Positions 62,367-64,000 of a DNA stretch of 64,000 nucleotides are shown in pieces (position 1 is the first letter of the stretch; each line of letters opens with the position of its first letter). The position numbers and the translations under genes are program-made. The DNA comes from a virus. Below the pieces are notes generated by a model that searched no databases, was not told the origin of the DNA, and was given only the letters and a program-made list of their open reading frames with translations. The stretch lies in the IMG/VR virus record IMGVR_UViG_3300050343_000185; one strand, written 5' to 3'.

Positions 62367-62733
62367 CAGTCTCCTCTTGAGTAAAGAATAATTGATCTTC
62401 TGTAATTCCAAAATTACCAAGTTCAGTAACAAAATTACTAAGAATATTATTATCTGGATAAGTAACAGCAATCAAATGCTCACCAGGAATTTTAAACTCT
62501 TGAACTGGTGTAAAAGGACACCAGCGAGTATATTGGATAGGCAAAGTTCCATCTTCGTTTTGATCTCCCAAGGACAAAACATAAGGATAAAGAAGTCTAT
62601 ACCCAAGTATTTTATCATCATCACCTTTAATCTCACCAAAGAGACAAAGAAGTGTTTCGTTAGTCGTTAGTTTTACAACACGAATATTATGATTCGTCTT
62701 CAGTATTGGTGCTTCCTGTGTCTGTTCCGTCAT
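62329..62733 (-). CDS. small beta-rich (Sm-like) hypothetical protein
   Basis: IRVVKLTTNETLLC..L.YPY.L..WCPFT..F.I....I.V..P. Confidence 0.65.
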   Translation of the reverse strand: MTEQTQEAPILKTNHNIRVVKLTTNETLLCLFGEIKGDDDKILGYRLLYPYVLSLGDQNEDGTLPIQYTRWCPFTPVQEFKIPGEHLIAVTYPDNNILSNFVTELGNFGITEDQLFFTQEETDGNNSEPNQVAE

Positions 62734-63058
62734 TTTGCTTTGCTCGTTTTTCTGTGATTTTATTTTCATATGCTTCTTGTAGTCCTGGTTCGGGATTGCT
62801 GATTGTCATGATGCAATCATAAGGCATCTTAAATTGCCAGTCTGAAGAATAAGGATTCCACTTACTAAATTTGATTTGGTATTCCATACCATACTCTTCA
62901 GTAAGGTATTGAGGATTACCACCTTCAAGATTCAATACATATGGTTCTTCCATAAGAAGACAGACTCCACGTTTGTCGTCTCCCTCCCCATCAAAGATTT
63001 CTTTCAGTTCAGCAATAACACGATCGCCAGTTTTCAAAGTTAGGATTGATACTGCCAT
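62687..63058 (-). CDS. small beta-rich (Sm-like) hypothetical protein
   Basis: VSILTLKTGDRVIA..LMEEPYVL..WNPYS..F......MTI.NP. Confidence 0.7.
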   Translation of the reverse strand: MAVSILTLKTGDRVIAELKEIFDGEGDDKRGVCLLMEEPYVLNLEGGNPQYLTEEYGMEYQIKFSKWNPYSSDWQFKMPYDCIMTISNPEPGLQEAYENKITEKRAKQNDGTDTGSTNTEDES

Positions 63059-63079
63059 AGTTATTATGAATTCTTTCTA

Positions 63080-63118
63080 AGTTTAGCATTAAAAAAAGGC
63101 ACCGTCAAGTGCCTTTCG
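63080..63118 (-). terminator. hsp20 terminator fused with a sigma70 promoter
   Basis: AAAGGCAC-TTGACG-GTGCCTTT-T. TTGACG (63108-63103) is 17 nt from TAAACT (63085-63080). Confidence 0.8.
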
Positions 63119-63125
63119 TTTTTAT

Positions 63126-63530
63126 TTAGAACCAAGTCTTTCGTTTCTGTTTCTCTGGTAGGTTCTTAACCAGAATAACTGTGAGAAGACCGTCTTCAAA
63201 TTTTACTTCTTCCACTTCTACATCATCTGCCATTTGCCAGTTGCGAGCAAAGGTTCTGTATGAGATTCCTTTATGAGAATATTTACGTTCTTTGTCTGGT
63301 GGTGCTTTATTAGCAGATACTGTCAGAACATTTCGTTCTGTTGTAACTTCAATATCTCCTCCTGAAAATCCTGCAAGAGCGACTTCCAGCAAGGTTCTGC
63401 CATCATGTCCGTCCACCACATTGTATGGTGGGTAATTTGATCCACCTCCCGCAATAGATTCCAGTCTGCTGAATGTTTCATCAAATCCGATTGAGTAGGG
63501 AGTATAAGTTTCCCAGTTGATATTTACCAT
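63126..63530 (-). CDS. hsp20: small heat shock protein
   Basis: SIGFD..YPPYNV..LEVALAGF..I.V......L.V..HKGIS.R.F.R.W.MA..DGLL.V.L..PE. Confidence 0.95.
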   Translation of the reverse strand: MVNINWETYTPYSIGFDETFSRLESIAGGGSNYPPYNVVDGHDGRTLLEVALAGFSGGDIEVTTERNVLTVSANKAPPDKERKYSHKGISYRTFARNWQMADDVEVEEVKFEDGLLTVILVKNLPEKQKRKTWF

Positions 63531-63674
63531 GTCCTTTAATAAGCGACGTTAACTTTAAGACCCCGAAGGCATCTTGCGTAAAAGGGGGATGTTTCCACCC
63601 CAATCCTCTCACAGTATTATTTAACAATAACCGTTTAAACTTTAATAACGGTTTTCCTTATTAAAGATTGCGGT

Positions 63675-64000
63675 TTACTCTACCGCAGTTTTTTTACGAC
63701 CGATATTATACTTTGACTCAAGTGTCCACTCACCTTTCTCTCTGAAAGACAGGACTTTAATTTGATTCAAAGGAGCAAGATCAGTAATTGTTTCAATGTT
63801 AACAACAGTAATCAATCCCCAATCACTAAGCAATTGAATGATACGATTACGACGTTGCACATCATTCAAAGACAGGTTAGTATTTTTACCATCAAGAGCA
63901 AACAACTCTTTGAAGTGAACAATATAATACTTACCTTGCTTATGTAAAATATGACAGGACTGATAGATCTTTTTTTCTTTACGGGATGCTACTCCAATAC
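63675..64000 (-). CDS. regA: translational repressor RegA (partial, 5' end outside the window)
   Basis: IGVASRKEKKIYQSCHILHKQGKYYIVHFKELFALDGK..NRI..LL.DWGL..APLNQIKVL..EWTLE.KYNIG. Confidence 0.95.
   Translation of the reverse strand, partial: IGVASRKEKKIYQSCHILHKQGKYYIVHFKELFALDGKNTNLSLNDVQRRNRIIQLLSDWGLITVVNIETITDLAPLNQIKVLSFREKGEWTLESKYNIGRKKTAVE

Overview
A 64-kb fragment of a T4-like marine cyanomyophage genome, most likely Synechococcus-infecting (psbA+psbD, two hli, petF, talC, purM/purC, phoH, mazG, hsp20, and four tRNAs that read A-ending codons). Left to right it holds: baseplate/tail and head-completion genes (gp51, gp26, gp54-like, gp4, gp2, gp48, gp53); gp32, gp33, exonuclease, phoH and thyX; small accessory ORFs with a glutamine-riboswitch-like locus; purine and photosynthesis auxiliary genes; a roughly 17-kb modular tail-fibre/structural cluster with an S8 protease; a manA-like RNA and tRNAs; nrdB/nrdA and primase; putative head-internal proteins; a nuclease/ligase-fold/nucleotidyltransferase trio; then mazG, gp41, uvsX, gp43, hsp20 and partial regA. 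Many essential genes are broken by 1-nt indels, which points to an error-prone (long-read-like) sequence rather than real pseudogenes. The two strongest candidates for undescribed biology are (1) a tandem Downstream-peptide/Gln-II-like RNA in which the second unit is split by a complete 53-codon ORF sitting in its P2 loop, and (2) a compact PD-(D/E)XK-like nuclease + KxDG ligase-fold + HIGH-type nucleotidyltransferase operon. All family assignments are from motif recognition only; no database searches were run.
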